DNA of 63,872 nt, filler included, from Basidioascus undulatus (Eukaryota): the NCBI GenBank assembly GCA_000826855.1. It is 20 parts of 20 records of this genome, joined end to end, with 100 filler letters (N's around TTAATTAATTAA, not from the genome) between each part and the next. Parts side by side here need not be neighbours in the genome. Positions count along the whole stretch, not along the records: positions 1 to 2,096 come from JTLS01002943.1; positions 2,197 to 4,292 come from JTLS01002944.1; positions 4,393 to 6,485 come from JTLS01002945.1; positions 6,586 to 8,674 come from JTLS01002946.1; positions 8,775 to 10,855 come from JTLS01002948.1; positions 10,956 to 33,544 come from JTLS01000295.1; 14 more parts are not named here. One strand, given 5' to 3'. Shown one piece after another: positions 1 through 11,963 of the stretch (its first letter is position 1; the number at the start of each line of letters is the position of its first letter). The translations under genes and the position numbers were made by a program. The notes under the pieces were generated by a model, which did no database searches, was not told where the DNA came from, and worked only from the letters and a program-made list of their open reading frames with translations.

Positions 1-2096
1 CGGTGTGGGGAAGGGGTGTATGGGGGGCGGGATGGGCGCGTCTGGGTCGGGGGGCGCGCCGGAGAGCTCGGACGGCGCCGGGAAGGGCGTTTGGGCGGCG
101 GGCAGGCTGGGCGCGAGCTCGAGCGCGCGGGAGAGGGAGGATGGGTGGGTCTTGGATGGGGAGGAAAACGGCTGCGGTGGGTGCGGGGCGCTCCCACCTG
201 GGGAAAGCATGGGGACTTGGGGAGGGTTCGAGTTCCCGGCGGAGGGTGTCGATGGCCCAGCGCCGGACCCGTAAGGCTCGCCACGGCGCATAGTGAGGCG
301 GGTGGGCGTGGTTGTGGGCGAGGTGGATGAAGCGCCGGCACCGGCGCCGCCGCTGCTGTTACCGAGGACGGACGACTTGCGGCTGCGCGGCTGCCAAATC
401 TCGACGTCGAGGAGGAAGAAGTTGACGCCGTTCGCAAGTCTGAATCGTTCCCATCCCCTCCCTGTCAGCCATCCCTCTTCCCGCTACTGCACCTTATCAC
501 ATCCACTTACGCAAACGGGTTACTATCCGGCACCTATTCCCCCCACGGGCACGATCAGTAAGCCAAGCAAGAAAAGACGCAGCCAGCCGCACGCACATTC
601 GCGTCCACCACGCGCTCCTCGATGCTCCCGATGCGCGCGACCGTCCATTCGCGGCTCTTGAGGAGCTCCGCCTGGTGCTCGTCCGGCCGCAAAAAGTAGT
701 GCGGGAACGAGATGTTGAACGCCGCCCAGGGCTTGGTCGTCGCGTTCCGTGTCGGCAAGAACAGCGCGAGGTCGCCCCTACCCCCCTCACACCCGCATCA
801 ACATCTCCACTTACCAACCGGAGGAAAAAGGAGAGCGAGAAAACGACGCACTTCGAAAAGTTCCTGAAAGCAAGCTTCTCCCGCCCCTTCTCGCGGTACG
901 CCTTCGCCTCCTTCTGCCACCTCTTGACTAGCGCGCTCGTGCGCATCACCGCGTCTTCCAGCTGGCCAAGCTCGAACTTCTCCAGCTCCTCCAAGCCCAC
1001 TTCCTTCCCGTCCTGCACCGCCTGCACCCCCTCCGCCGCGCTCGGCGTCAGCGCACCAAGCAACTTCGATGCGGACACATGGAATGCGCGCGCGACGTTG
1101 AGCGCCTTGTCGCGCTCCCACTGCACCGCTTCCAGGGACCGCCGGGCTCCGCTCAGCTGGTGCTCGAGCACCGCATGCTCTGCGTCCGTCTCGGCGCGGA
1201 GGTCCCGCAGCGCGCGGACCGCAGCTGACTCGGCGTCGCGCGAGGCGTCTAGCTGGTCCCGGAGGTCCGCAACGTCGCGGTGCGCTGCGTCGAGTTCGCT
1301 TCGGAGACGGTCCATCTCCTCTGCGCTGGTATCGTCGATCTCCGGAACCGGCTCCGGCCGCTCTGGAAGCAGCCCGTCCCATACCATCAGCATGGTGCGC
1401 AGGAAGAGGAGCGAACCGACCACGCACCCCTCAGCTCCCGCACCTCCTCCTCCATCGCCCTGACCTTCTCCCTTTGCGCATCGCGCTCCTTCCGGATCGC
1501 ATCGAGCTCGGCCTCGAGCGCGTCGCGCTCAGCACGGGCCTGCTCGAGCTCTGCCGACTGCGCGGGGGACTCGGAGCGTTCTCGGTCTCGTTCTGCTCAA
1601 CGCACGCATGGGCTGTCAGCCAGTGCTGGGGAACGGGGAAAGCGAGGCATTGAAGCGGGGGCGAAGGGGAGGAAGACGAGCCTCGATTCCGGAGATAGAG
1701 TGACCGCGTAAGCGGGATGACTGGCATTCCCCGCACCGCCAGATCGTCAGCTTCTTGCTTCTTGCTTCATGCTTTGTGCGTCGAGCTTCGCGTGCACAAA
1801 AAGCGTCGAAAGCACAAGAAGAGGGAAAAGCAACGCACAAGCCCTCTCCGCTATACTCTCCCACTCCTGCTCCATCTTATCGCACCACCTGAGGACGTCC
1901 TCCTCAATTTCCTCAAGCTCCCTTCGAGCCTCCTTGTCCGCCTCGTCGTCCTCCCTTAGGCCGTCCACCAACGCTCTGACCAATTCTACCCTCCCCACAC
2001 CAACCGCCTCATCAGCCACCACCATCCCCACCTGCCCCGCAACCCTTCCCCACACGAAACAGCCTGGCGGACTCACCTCCCAACTCCCCCCTCCCC
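1..2096 (-). CDS. ATG11: Autophagy-related protein 11, partial, spliced (coiled-coil region plus C-terminal ATG11 domain)
   Basis: Spliced translation [38 protein letters not shown]...[19 protein letters not shown]|..[14 protein letters not shown] matches the Atg11 C-terminal domain. Long coiled-coil exons lie upstream; GTGCGT/GTAAGT..AG introns. Confidence 0.88.
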
Positions 2097-2196
2097 NNNN
2101 NNNNNNNNNNNNNNNNNNNNNNNNNNNNNNNNNNNNNNNNTTAATTAATTAANNNNNNNNNNNNNNNNNNNNNNNNNNNNNNNNNNNNNNNNNNNN
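2097..2196. other. Artificial contig linker (N44-TTAATTAATTAA-N44), first of 19
   Basis: Identical 100-bp spacer with stop codons in all six frames. Also starts at 4293, 6486, 8675, 10856, 33545, 35726, 37906, 40084, 42261, 44436, 46610, 48784, 50955, 53121, 55283, 57442, 59601 and 61718. Confidence 0.99.
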
Positions 2197-4218
2197 TTGC
2201 TCACGTCAGTACCTCTCCAGCAATGCAGAGGAGAAATGTGAAGAAGAGATAAAGAAGAAGACGAGTCCCGAGAGCCATTCGCAACCACCCGCCTGAGGAC
2301 GCCAACTTATCTCGGACCCGGCTTGCGACTACCCCCGAGGCACATCGAATTCTTGCTAGAATTCACCGGCACACTCTTCCTCTGTTGCGCATTCACGGAC
2401 TCGCAGCCGAAAGCACTTTATCAAAGACCTGGCGATGCACCTGCTTCCGTCTACTCGCCGTCAACACCCCCATCTGTCTCGTCTTCCTCCACTTCTTCTT
2501 CACCGCCCTTGGCCCTTTCGCAGATCTCGTCATAATCTACTTGGAACATTTCATCAGCCACTCTCAGTCGATCTCATCGAGCACACACACCTTTCAGTCC
2601 GCCCCATACGCCCATGCCCTTCAGTGTCGCCACTGCGACTGCCTCCGCCCTCGATCCAGTGTCTCGAGCTACAGAAGACCAACACTCATCCCGCTCGGCT
2701 CGGATAAGATCTGAGCAGAAGCAGGACAGGAAGGTGCAAGCCTGGGGGCGGGGATAAGTTATGCGCGAGCAAAAGCGAGTAGGATTGGGTTGGCGATGTA
2801 CGTCGGAGGAACGGATGAAGGGTTTGCAACGGGACGAAAAGGTTTTGGGGGATGTGAATGGTATATTGAAGGGGGTCGCTGTACGAAAGGATATTGGCTC
2901 AGTAGCCGGATTCGAGAGGAAAGCTGGAGTAATCTTGAAAGTCGCTCACCGCTAATGCATTCTAGGAGTGCTGCTGCCACAATTACCAGGAGGAAAACGA
3001 GTGGGACGCGGCACATCTTGATGTGAATGTTTGAAGAATGCAGGCCTAACGAGGCGAATGTCGGCAGTCGCAAGTCAGGGTCAACCAAAAGGCCCCCACT
3101 CCTTCTTTTATGCATACAGAATGCATCGACGAGCTCCCTGCCACGGAATATGCCATGCTCAACTAAGACTTCCCAAGCGGTGAGAGTCATCCGGCTCCCA
3201 GAGAAGGTCCCGAGGCGGCCTTCATGATCGCCAACCGCGGTGACGTCCGCCTCTTGGCGGCGAGCTTGGGAAGGTTGAAACGTGCTGGCTCGAGGCTCGA
3301 GTTAGCTAAGCACGGCTTGGATAACGACGAGAGGTACAGCTTTAAGGCACCTGGCGCATTTAAAATGTTCTGGGGTTTTCAAAATGTTTTGGACGGTGGA
3401 GCGCAGCGACTGCCAGTGCGTACAGGGTGTGCCAGAGGAGAACGCGCTGCGGTCCTTGATCCCAGCGGAACAAGATCGGCTGGAGCGTCGGTCAAGGGCG
3501 TTCATCCCATATCCCTGGAAGATATGTAGATTCAAAGTCAGAGAGGGTTCAGTCGCCGATGGGCCCATTAATTGCCAAAGATGCCCCGCTCAATGCGATG
3601 AGGCGACCTCGCACGCACGAGCCTGCATCAGGCAGCGTTGGATCATATCAATCCCTCCTTCTGATAAAGATTTAAAACCAAAGTACGGATCAATGCCTTG
3701 TAAGGGGTGTATCAATCTTCTCCGCCGAACCCCGCGCTGTCGAAAAAGCTGCACCGTTGATACCGGACGTTGGAACGTACAAAGGAAAAACGCTGTGTTC
3801 GAGTCGCCAGGGTACACATGCATTGAATAGGCCCCTACCAGGTACAGGAACGCTGAAACAATCACCTCGAATGAGACAGGTGTATATCCATCAACTGAGG
3901 GTAACACTTTTCACCAAACGAGGGCGTCCGGTCTCGTAGCGGGAACGAGGGAGTCATTGGTGCAGCTCGCAATCTTGTTGCAAGCTACTTTACAGGGGCT
4001 CGATTGAGCTCGAGGGTTTTCGTGGCCATTGAAAGCTATGTTCGATTGCCCAGATCGGGCATCAAATCCGCCAAAAGCATATGTCAGAGCCAGTGTACAA
4101 GCACTGACCAAGCCTGGCCAGCCCGCCGTGCTGACTTGCACAGGCGTTCCCAAAACATCGTCCGGGCAAAAGAGGCCCGGCTTGTGCTTGACAGTTGAAA
4201 CAAAACAGCACAAAGAGT

Positions 4219-4291
4219 TGGTTCTTCCGTGGATTGAACACGGTACCTTCAGGACTTCAATCTGACGCTCTCCCAGATGAGCTAAAGAACC
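4219..4291 (-). tRNA. tRNA-Phe(GAA), intronless, some non-canonical positions
   Basis: Reverse complement folds as a 73-nt cloverleaf: acceptor GGTTCTT/AAGAACC, D-arm GCTC/GAGC, anticodon loop TT-GAA-GT, T-arm CCGTG-TTCAATC-CACGG. Confidence 0.88.
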
Positions 4292-4454
4292 TNNNNNNNN
4301 NNNNNNNNNNNNNNNNNNNNNNNNNNNNNNNNNNNNTTAATTAATTAANNNNNNNNNNNNNNNNNNNNNNNNNNNNNNNNNNNNNNNNNNNNCCCCCCCC
4401 CCTCCCCCCCCCACTAACTCCCCCCCCCGCTTCCCTTCCCTTCCACCCCCCTAG

Positions 4455-5187
4455 ATCTCGAATGGAAGCTCATCTACGTCGGTTCCTCCTCCTCGACGTC
4501 CTTCGACCAAGAGCTCGACAGCTGCATGGTCGGGCCTGTCCCCGTGGGCGTAAACACCTTCACGTTCGAGGCGGACCCGCCCGTGCCGAGCAAGATTCCC
4601 GAAGAGGAGGTGCTGGGAGTTACGGTCCTCCTTTTAACGGCGAGCTATCGGGAACAGGAGTTTGTCAGGGTGGGGTACTATGTCCAGACGGAGTATGAGG
4701 AGGAGGAGATGCGGGAGAACCCCCCGGAGGGGATAAAGTATGAGAGGCTCGTGAGGAATGTCTTGGTGGATAAGCCGAGGGTGACGAGGGTGACGATCGA
4801 TTGGTGCGTCCTCCTCTCTCTTCCCCCTCTTCGCCTGCATCTCTTCCTCTCCCCGCGCGTTGCTGACCTCCCATGCGCAGGGGTACCGAAGACCACCTCG
4901 CGCCCTCCTCCTCCTCTGCGCAAGGCGGGGCGGCACACGAGCCCGCACCCCTCCCGCCCGTCCCCGCGCCGTTCATGCCTGAAGCTGCCGCGCCCTCCTC
5001 CGCGTCCTCCTCATTCTCCGCTGCTGCACCGACCGCCGTACCCGCCGCGCCCGCTGCTGCACCTGCGGTCGCGCCCGACGCGCCGGCGCCGAGGGAGGAG
5101 GAGCAGCAGCACGAGAAGGAGGAGGAGAAGCAGAAGGGGGTGGAGGGCGAGCAGAGGCAGCAGGTGCCGGTTGAGTCGACTGCGTAG
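4455..5187 (+). CDS. ASF1: Histone H3/H4 chaperone Asf1, 5'-partial, spliced
   Basis: [11 protein letters not shown]...[27 protein letters not shown]...[25 protein letters not shown]...KPRVTR..IDW, then a GTGCGT..CAG intron and a low-complexity tail exon ending at TAG 5187. Confidence 0.95.
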
Positions 5188-5694
5188 GGGCGGGGATGGG
5201 GGTGGTGAAGGACGGGGAGAAAGGGTTGGTGCATGATTCACTGCGCTTCTGATTCGTTCTTCCTTTGGCGCGCGCTTCTGGGCAGTTTCGAGTGTGTATG
5301 ATTGTCGATGGTGGTAGGACGTGAAGCGCAAACAGATCGCACGACGTGAAGTCGAGGCCTGAGACTGCAACAGGGGACCACGTACCCCACCGCCCAGCAG
5401 CCGCATCCACGCATCCACACACAGTGTTCTGTCCATCCACCACCGAGTGTCATTGTGCCCCTGCGAGCTGCCCATCTTATACCCAGCCCAGGCCGACGCG
5501 ACGATCCCCGGCGCGCTTGTTTAACTGTGGCCGCCCTTGCGCAACTTTCACGTGTCTCCGCTCCGCGACAGCTTCTTCCCTTCCTTCCGCCTTTTACGCT
5601 CCTCCCACAACGACCACCTCCCACCTCCCGCTCATTCACAGCCCCTCTAGTCTCCCGAAAAGCTACCTGTAAACCAGGAGAATAGGAAAGCAGG

Positions 5695-6485
5695 ATGGGC
5701 GTCCTCGCCCCCGCACCCTCGCGCCGCCGCACAGCGTTCAAAGCTTTCCTCGTCCTTGCCCTCGCGTGCGCCGTCCCCGCTGCGCCTGTCCTGTTGTGCT
5801 TGAACTTCAGTGCGTCTTTCCCTTCTCTATCCTCGTCCATTCCTCCCATCCTCCTCCCCGACCTCCCTCCATTCCCTAACCCCGGATGTGCCCCTCCGGA
5901 AGTTCCGCTGACTGGGAACACACGGACGGAACAGCGCCCCTCTTCTTCCTCACCCTCCCCTTCTCCGCACTCGTTTTCCTCAGTGCGTCGTTCCAGTGCC
6001 CCACTTTCAGCATACCTGTTTGATTAATGAGAAAGGAGGGGAACCCCAGTCCTCCTCTACTTCCCCGCCTGGCTGGCCTACCTCTCCCACGCGCAGCACG
6101 ATCCCCCCTCGGGCGTCTCGTCGTACCTGCCCTTCCTGCCCTTGTCCCCGCGCCGGTGCCTCCTCGTCGACGTCTCGCTGTGGCAGACGTTTGCGGAGGT
6201 CGCGCCTATCTTGGGCCAGGTGGGGAGGGACTGGGTGTATAGGAGGCTTGTTACGCTGGGGAGGGCACCGATGCGGTTTGTCGTTTCTCCCTTTACCTTT
6301 GCCTTTACCCCTTCCTCTGCCCTTTCTCCATCTCCTCTTGATCCCGTTGAGGCAAAAGGTGAAACGCTGATGTGCGATGGGCATTTCTTGAAAACAGCCA
6401 GAACATCCCCTACTCCTCCCTCTCTCCCTCCCCTCGCCGGCTCGACGTGTACTACCCTCCCTCCTCCTCCCCTTCCTCCTCCTCC
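5695..6485 (+). CDS. Hypothetical membrane protein, 3'-partial, spliced
   Basis: ATG 5695, hydrophobic exons (AFLVLALACAVPAAPVLLCLNF; APLFFLTLPFSALVFL; VLLYFPAWLAYL) separated by GTGCGT..CAG introns. No family recognised. Confidence 0.45.
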
Positions 6486-8260
6486 NNNNNNNNNNNNNNN
6501 NNNNNNNNNNNNNNNNNNNNNNNNNNNNNTTAATTAATTAANNNNNNNNNNNNNNNNNNNNNNNNNNNNNNNNNNNNNNNNNNNNAGGCCATGTCTCTCC
6601 CCATCCGATCTCCCGCTCCATCGCTCCTCGTCGATCCTTTTCCATCAGCTCGCTGACATGCATGACCCCACCTCGGCCGAGCGCAGAACATCACCTTCTT
6701 CCGCGAGGCCCTGCAGCAAGTGGTCGAGCTCGAGCAGGCCGCGCGGCGGAAGCGGCGGGCGGCGAGGGCGAGTTCGGGGAGCACTGGGGGAGGGAGTTGA
6801 GGGGGAGGGCCTGCATCGCGTGCCTTTGAGGAATTGTTCCGGCGTCTGCGGATTGGGGAGTGCGGCGGCGGAAGGGGGAAGGAGGAGGGTGCTGTAAATG
6901 GTGGAAGAGGGAGAATGGCAGAGCGACGCGCGGGTTTGGGGCGTGGCGGTAGCTGGGCGGGTCCGGGTAGGGCAGTGCGGGGTTGCGGTAGGAGGAAGAA
7001 CGTACACTAGGCCAGACAAGCGGTGCATTCTTCGGTGCCATTTTCGCACTCTCACAGTCCGGCTAGGTGAGCGGGGAAGAACCTCGACGGACGCGCCCAG
7101 TTGCGGACCCGTTCGGGAAGCGCACGTGTTGTTTTCTCGAGTCACTGTCGACTGACAAAAATGTCGAGGCGGCAAGTTTACTGTTTCTGGGCGGGGTGCA
7201 GCGGATGGGTCGTTTTGTGCGTGCACTGGAGGCTGGCTGCATCTCAGCGGACGACGACAAGTGATGCTGTTTTTTGATGCCCTTCTGTACTCCTGTAGCT
7301 CGAGCGTTTTAGTTGGTTTGATTTATCTATTTTGAAATTTAAGTTGTGAATTGTAGGTTTAATCATCATGTGGGGTTTCAGCATTAGTGCACGCTGGAGC
7401 TGCCTTTCTGGCTCTGAAACCGGTCGAGCAGGGGTGGTGGGCCTCTGGGAATGGGCACTATAAGAGTCCAGGAACATTCTAGCAAAATGGACTGTCTAGA
7501 ATGGGAGGGTGCGTGGGCGTCCCGTGCGTGTATGTCCTGCGGGGCAATCCCTGTTGGGACATGGTGTGCTACTACAATCTGAAACACCCTTGAATCAGTC
7601 CATTCTCGCCTTAAGAACTATGTTAGTCTGCCAAGGAGGTTTTACTCCAGCAAGAGATTGAGGAGTGTCTGCGAGCGGAGTGCCCTACAACGCTGCATTC
7701 AAGGAACACGAGCCATGCAGTTTCCGTCGCTTGAGTGTGTACAGCATGGAAGTGACCTCAGGAACAGCATCCCTCTCCAAATACAGATCATACTGGGGCG
7801 CCCCTCAGGTAGCCTATGGAGGTAGACTATGCTCCATGGTGGGACTGCGGGATTGAATAGATCTGGCATGATGCGCTCCAATTCTGCAAATGCTGCACCG
7901 TGGAGCATCAATGCGGAAACTGCTCCAGTTGATAAGGAGGGAAATGAATGCTTGAGGGTGAGGCAGAGACTTCGAGTGTACCTGAGTGCACTTCAAAGGT
8001 TCAAATCGCCGTGCCAAAATCACAAAAGTCACTCCAGTCCTTTTAAAACAAGGCCAGATTGGACTTGTGCTTTGGCACTACTGGGCCTCACTCTGCCAGT
8101 AGTGAGCAGATGGACTTGCCAGAGCACTCATCTGCAATGTAGACTTCCAAACATTGTCGGACCTATCACCGTGAGCATGGGTGCAGGGGTTCGTTCCCTC
8201 ACAATCCCTTGTCCCAGGCCAGGCTGGGCGGGACCGTCCCTGATTGACGGACTGTCCTTG

Positions 8261-8465
8261 ATGAAGGACTCTGCTGGGTGCAGAACCTCTCTGGTGGGTG
8301 GAGCTCATCCTCTACCATGTGAGACATCTCTGCCGCATGGAGACCTTCTCCGCCGCATGGAGACCCTCTCCATGGCATGGAGATTTCTTCTGCTGGGTGG
8401 AGAACATCTACGCCGTACGGAGACATCCTCTGCCACATGGGGACCCTCTTTGCCGAGTGGAGATG
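8261..8465. repeat. Degenerate 20-bp tandem repeat (minisatellite), about 10 units
   Basis: Units in 20-bp register, e.g. agaccttctccgccgcatgg / agaccctctccatggcatgg / agatttcttctgctgggtgg / agaacatctacgccgtacgg / agacatcctctgccacatgg / ggaccctctttgccgagtgg. Confidence 0.85.
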
Positions 8466-8839
8466 TTTAGATTACTGGCTCCCACCCTACCTTGCATTGC
8501 AGCTGCAGGCGCCATGTATGGCAAAGATGCGCTCAGGCGGTGAACAAGCGAGATTGCAGAAAAGGATGAGGAGTGGAGATGAGATGAGAAAAGAAGGTCA
8601 TCGTGAATGTATGCATGAACGTTGCATGTATGCGAACGAATGAATCTCCTGCCAGTGCCAGCCCCCGCCGTCCTNNNNNNNNNNNNNNNNNNNNNNNNNN
8701 NNNNNNNNNNNNNNNNNNTTAATTAATTAANNNNNNNNNNNNNNNNNNNNNNNNNNNNNNNNNNNNNNNNNNNNCCCGTCTCCCTCCTCACCCCCTCCCG
8801 CTCTGACCTCGGCTGACCTCGGCGGCGCGGCGGAACCAG

Positions 8840-9164
8840 GCCCGCGCCCTCTACGCCTACACCGCCTCCGCGGACGACCCGAACGAGATCTCGTTCGCCA
8901 AGGGTGAGGTCATGCTCGTCCTCGACTCGTCCGGAAAGTGGTGGCGCGTCAAGAAGATGGACGGCAAGCAGGACGAGGGGATCGCGCCCAGCAACGTGCG
9001 TCTTGCTTTTCCTTCCTTCCCCTTCCTTTCCCCTTCCCCGATTTGGTTCGGTTTGTTGGGTGGTGGGCAGGGGCAGAAGGGGAGAGGAGGGGGAAGGCAG
9101 GGGAAGAGATGGCCACTGACTCGGCGCGTTGAGATGGGATGGGTAGTACCTCGCGATGGCCTGA
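8840..9164 (+). CDS. SHO1: Sho1 osmosensor, C-terminal SH3 domain, 5'-partial
   Basis: ARALYAYTASADDPNEISFAKGEV..VLDSSGKWWRVKK..GIAPSN|intron|YLAMA*. The ALYAYTAS.DDPNEISF..GIAPSNYL pattern at the extreme C-terminus is typical of fungal Sho1. Confidence 0.82.
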
Positions 9165-9938
9165 TCTCCCATCTTCCTCTTTCCTTCTCTCTCTCTCCCT
9201 GTCTCTTCCCTCAATCCATTCCTCAATCGGCGCCGGCACGACCACCCCCTCTTCCCTCTTCCACCTTCCCCCTCCACCCTTCACCCATTCCCAACCTCAC
9301 CCGAAACGAAAACACGCAACCATCCGACCGCGAACGCTCATTACTACCCCTTTTCTCTCTCTGTTTTTATGTGCTTCCTCCCTCCCACCCTCCGACGTCA
9401 AACTATGCCAGTGCTGGCTGCTGCTGCTCCCCCTCCCCCTCCCCATTCACGCGTCGCGCACTGCGCTCGTAATCCCCTTTTCCCCACCTCGCGCTTCCCA
9501 TCACTGTCTTCCCTTCTCTTCTGCTCTCTCATCTTACTCGTCCCTGTTATCCCTCTTTTCTTTACGGTTCTCTGTGCGATTTCTTCTGTGAATGTCCGAA
9601 TGTCCTTTTTTTTTTTTGGCTAGGCTGGGCTGATGCTATAGTGCTTTGTCGTGCGATGCGGGAAGGAGGGAGGGGAGCGGGAGGCGGGAGCGGGGTGGAG
9701 AGGAGAGGAGGGAGGGGGAGGGGAGAAATTATACGATTTTTTGGTTTTTTTTTCTGGGTGCTTTTTCGGGTGTGGATGTTGAGGGTTTGGGGAAAGAAAT
9801 GGAAGGAAGGTGGACAGGTTGAAGACGATTAAGCAGAGCTTGATGACCTCACTAGCCTCGCTCGGTCTTCCCGAACGTGCTCGCCAGCTGGCCCGTCTTC
9901 TTCCACTCAACCACAACCACCATCACGCCCCACCCAGG

Positions 9939-10762
9939 ATGTCCGCAGTTATCCCAGACCTCGACGTCCGTCCTCCCCTCTCTCTTTTTCCTCCTTTGCC
10001 CGCTCCTGAACACGTAGTGGGGAAGGACAGGCCCTCCTCGCCTTCTCCATCGCACTCGCCAAAGAAGCGGGCGCGCGGATCAAGGAGGGTTCTGCAAAGC
10101 GCTTCGAGAGCGGCGCAGGGTTTGACGAGAAGAAGAACAGCGTTGATGTGCGTCTTTCGTCTTTGCTCCGTGGTTCGGGTGAGAAAGGGGGCAAGGCGAA
10201 CGGGAGAGAGGGGGTAACGTGCTGATAAAGTGGGAGGGGTGGGATAGCTGGTAACCGAGACGGATCAGGCTGTTGAGAAGCTGGTCAAGGAGCGGATTGC
10301 GGGGGCTTACCCGGACCATAAGTGCGTGGCGTTAGGGAGGGCAGAGGGGCAGAGAGAAGAGAAGGCTGATGAGAGGGAGGGATGGAAAGGTTCATGGGCG
10401 AGGAGAGCTGGGCGGCGGGGGAGGAGTCCGAGCTTACTGTGCGTCTCATGCTTTGTTCTCCTTGCGTGAGTTGGACACTGACATGGTGGCGGAACTGATG
10501 GGACAGGACGACCCGACGTGGATGTCCGCTCGCGTCTTCTTCCGCAGCTGCCGCGCAAAGACTGATGTTTGAGGTTTGGATGCAGCGTCGACCCGATCGA
10601 CGGGACGACCAACTTCGTCCACGGCTTCCCCTACTGCGCGATCTCCATCGGGCTGTTTGTCCCTCCCCTTCCCCTCCCTCCACGCCCCCTCTCACTCCCC
10701 CTCTCAGGACGTACCAAAAGCGCCCCGCCCTCGGAGTGATCTATAACCCCTTCCTTGATGAG
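9939..10762 (+). CDS. Inositol monophosphatase, 3'-partial, many short exons
   Basis: Spliced: [40 protein letters not shown]..|[29 protein letters not shown]|..[13 protein letters not shown] (IMPase DPIDGT motif). Confidence 0.92.
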
Positions 10763-10955
10763 CGATTCTGGATGCATCTAATATCCCGAAAGAAACAATG
10801 CGCAACGCACCCTTCAGCCTCCCCCTCGCCGCCACCTCCCACTTCCCCCACCCCTNNNNNNNNNNNNNNNNNNNNNNNNNNNNNNNNNNNNNNNNNNNNT
10901 TAATTAATTAANNNNNNNNNNNNNNNNNNNNNNNNNNNNNNNNNNNNNNNNNNNN

Positions 10956-11963
10956 GGGAGCCGCTCGAGCTTCGTCACGGGCGCGACGCCGAGCGAGAGC
11001 TGGTTCGAGGACGACGATCTCTTTAGCGCGCGCGCGGCCCCGACCGTGTCGAGCCCGAGCACCGCAACTGCTGTCTCCTCCCGTTTGGGCGGGGGTGGTG
11101 GTGGTGTGGTCGAGGGGGACTACAGCCGGATGAGCCGGCACGCGCTGTTCCATCTCCTTGTGGACACGCGGTCCGAGCTACACTCCCTCCAAGCGCGGTA
11201 TGCGCTGGAGAAGGTCGCGCTGGAGGGGGCGCTCTCGCGGGCGCGCGAAGAGCGCGAGGAGGCGCGGCGGGCGGCGCGGCGCGAGCGTGCGGTGGCCGTT
11301 GCGCTTCGGAGCGCGTTTGGGCGCGGGGACGTCGGGAAGGAGGGGGAGGGCGTGGAGGTTGTCGTGCGGGAGCTGGTGGGGTATGTGGAGGAGCTGCGGG
11401 GGCGTGTTGACGAGGCGGAGCGGGAGGTTCGGGCGCTGAAGGGCGTGGGTGCCGAGGCGGCGGAGGGGAAGAAGCGGGAGGAGAGGATCCGGAGGCTTAT
11501 CGAGAGCCAGAGGGAGTCCGAAAGACCTACCAGCCGCGTATCGAGATCGAGCAGCGTCGCCCCCGCCGCCTCATCTCTCTCGAAGCGCGGCGGGCCCATC
11601 GCACCCGCCTCCGGCCTCCCCACGTCATTCTCCTTCCCCTCCCGCCTCTCGACCGCCTCAGCATCCGCCGCGTCCCTCCCCCTGTCCGAGTCCGAGCCCG
11701 CCTTCGCCCGCCCGCCCTCGCACGGGCACTCGCGCCAGTCCTCCCAGGCCTCCTCCTCCTCCTTCGCGCTCCCCCCACTCCCGCCAGAGGCGGACCGCCT
11801 CCTCACGGACACGACCGCCCCAGGTTGGTACGGCTCTGACGGCGGGTTCGGGTTCGCGGACGAGACGTTCTTGAGCGCTGCGGCGCGCGACGAGGCGGTT
11901 GGGCGGGACGAGGAGGGAAGGTGGAGCGTGGGACTGAGGGAGGCCGACCTGAGGCAGCTGTGA
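10956..11963 (+). CDS. Hypothetical coiled-coil / Ser-rich protein, 5'-partial
   Basis: Open frame over 300 aa with coding-like high GC3 and heptad-like stretch (ELVGYVEELRGRVDEAEREVRALK); stop TGA 11963. Confidence 0.6.
   Translation, partial: GSRSSFVTGATPSESWFEDDDLFSARAAPTVSSPSTATAVSSRLGGGGGGVVEGDYSRMSRHALFHLLVDTRSELHSLQARYALEKVALEGALSRAREEREEARRAARRERAVAVALRSAFGRGDVGKEGEGVEVVVRELVGYVEELRGRVDEAEREVRALKGVGAEAAEGKKREERIRRLIESQRESERPTSRVSRSSSVAPAASSLSKRGGPIAPASGLPTSFSFPSRLSTASASAASLPLSESEPAFARPPSHGHSRQSSQASSSSFALPPLPPEADRLLTDTTAPGWYGSDGGFGFADETFLSAAARDEAVGRDEEGRWSVGLREADLRQL

Noticed and set aside
2097..2196. Regularly spaced TTAATTAATTAA palindromes as a biological repeat or array
   Set aside because: Always embedded in N runs with identical 100-bp length; a synthetic six-frame-stop linker.
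2197..4200. Possible gene or transposon in the lower-GC contig next to tRNA-Phe
   Set aside because: Only short broken frames; no recognisable domain, terminal repeat or consistent splice pattern.
8261..8465. CRISPR-like array
   Set aside because: Units are contiguous and degenerate with no unique spacers; no cas genes; eukaryotic context.
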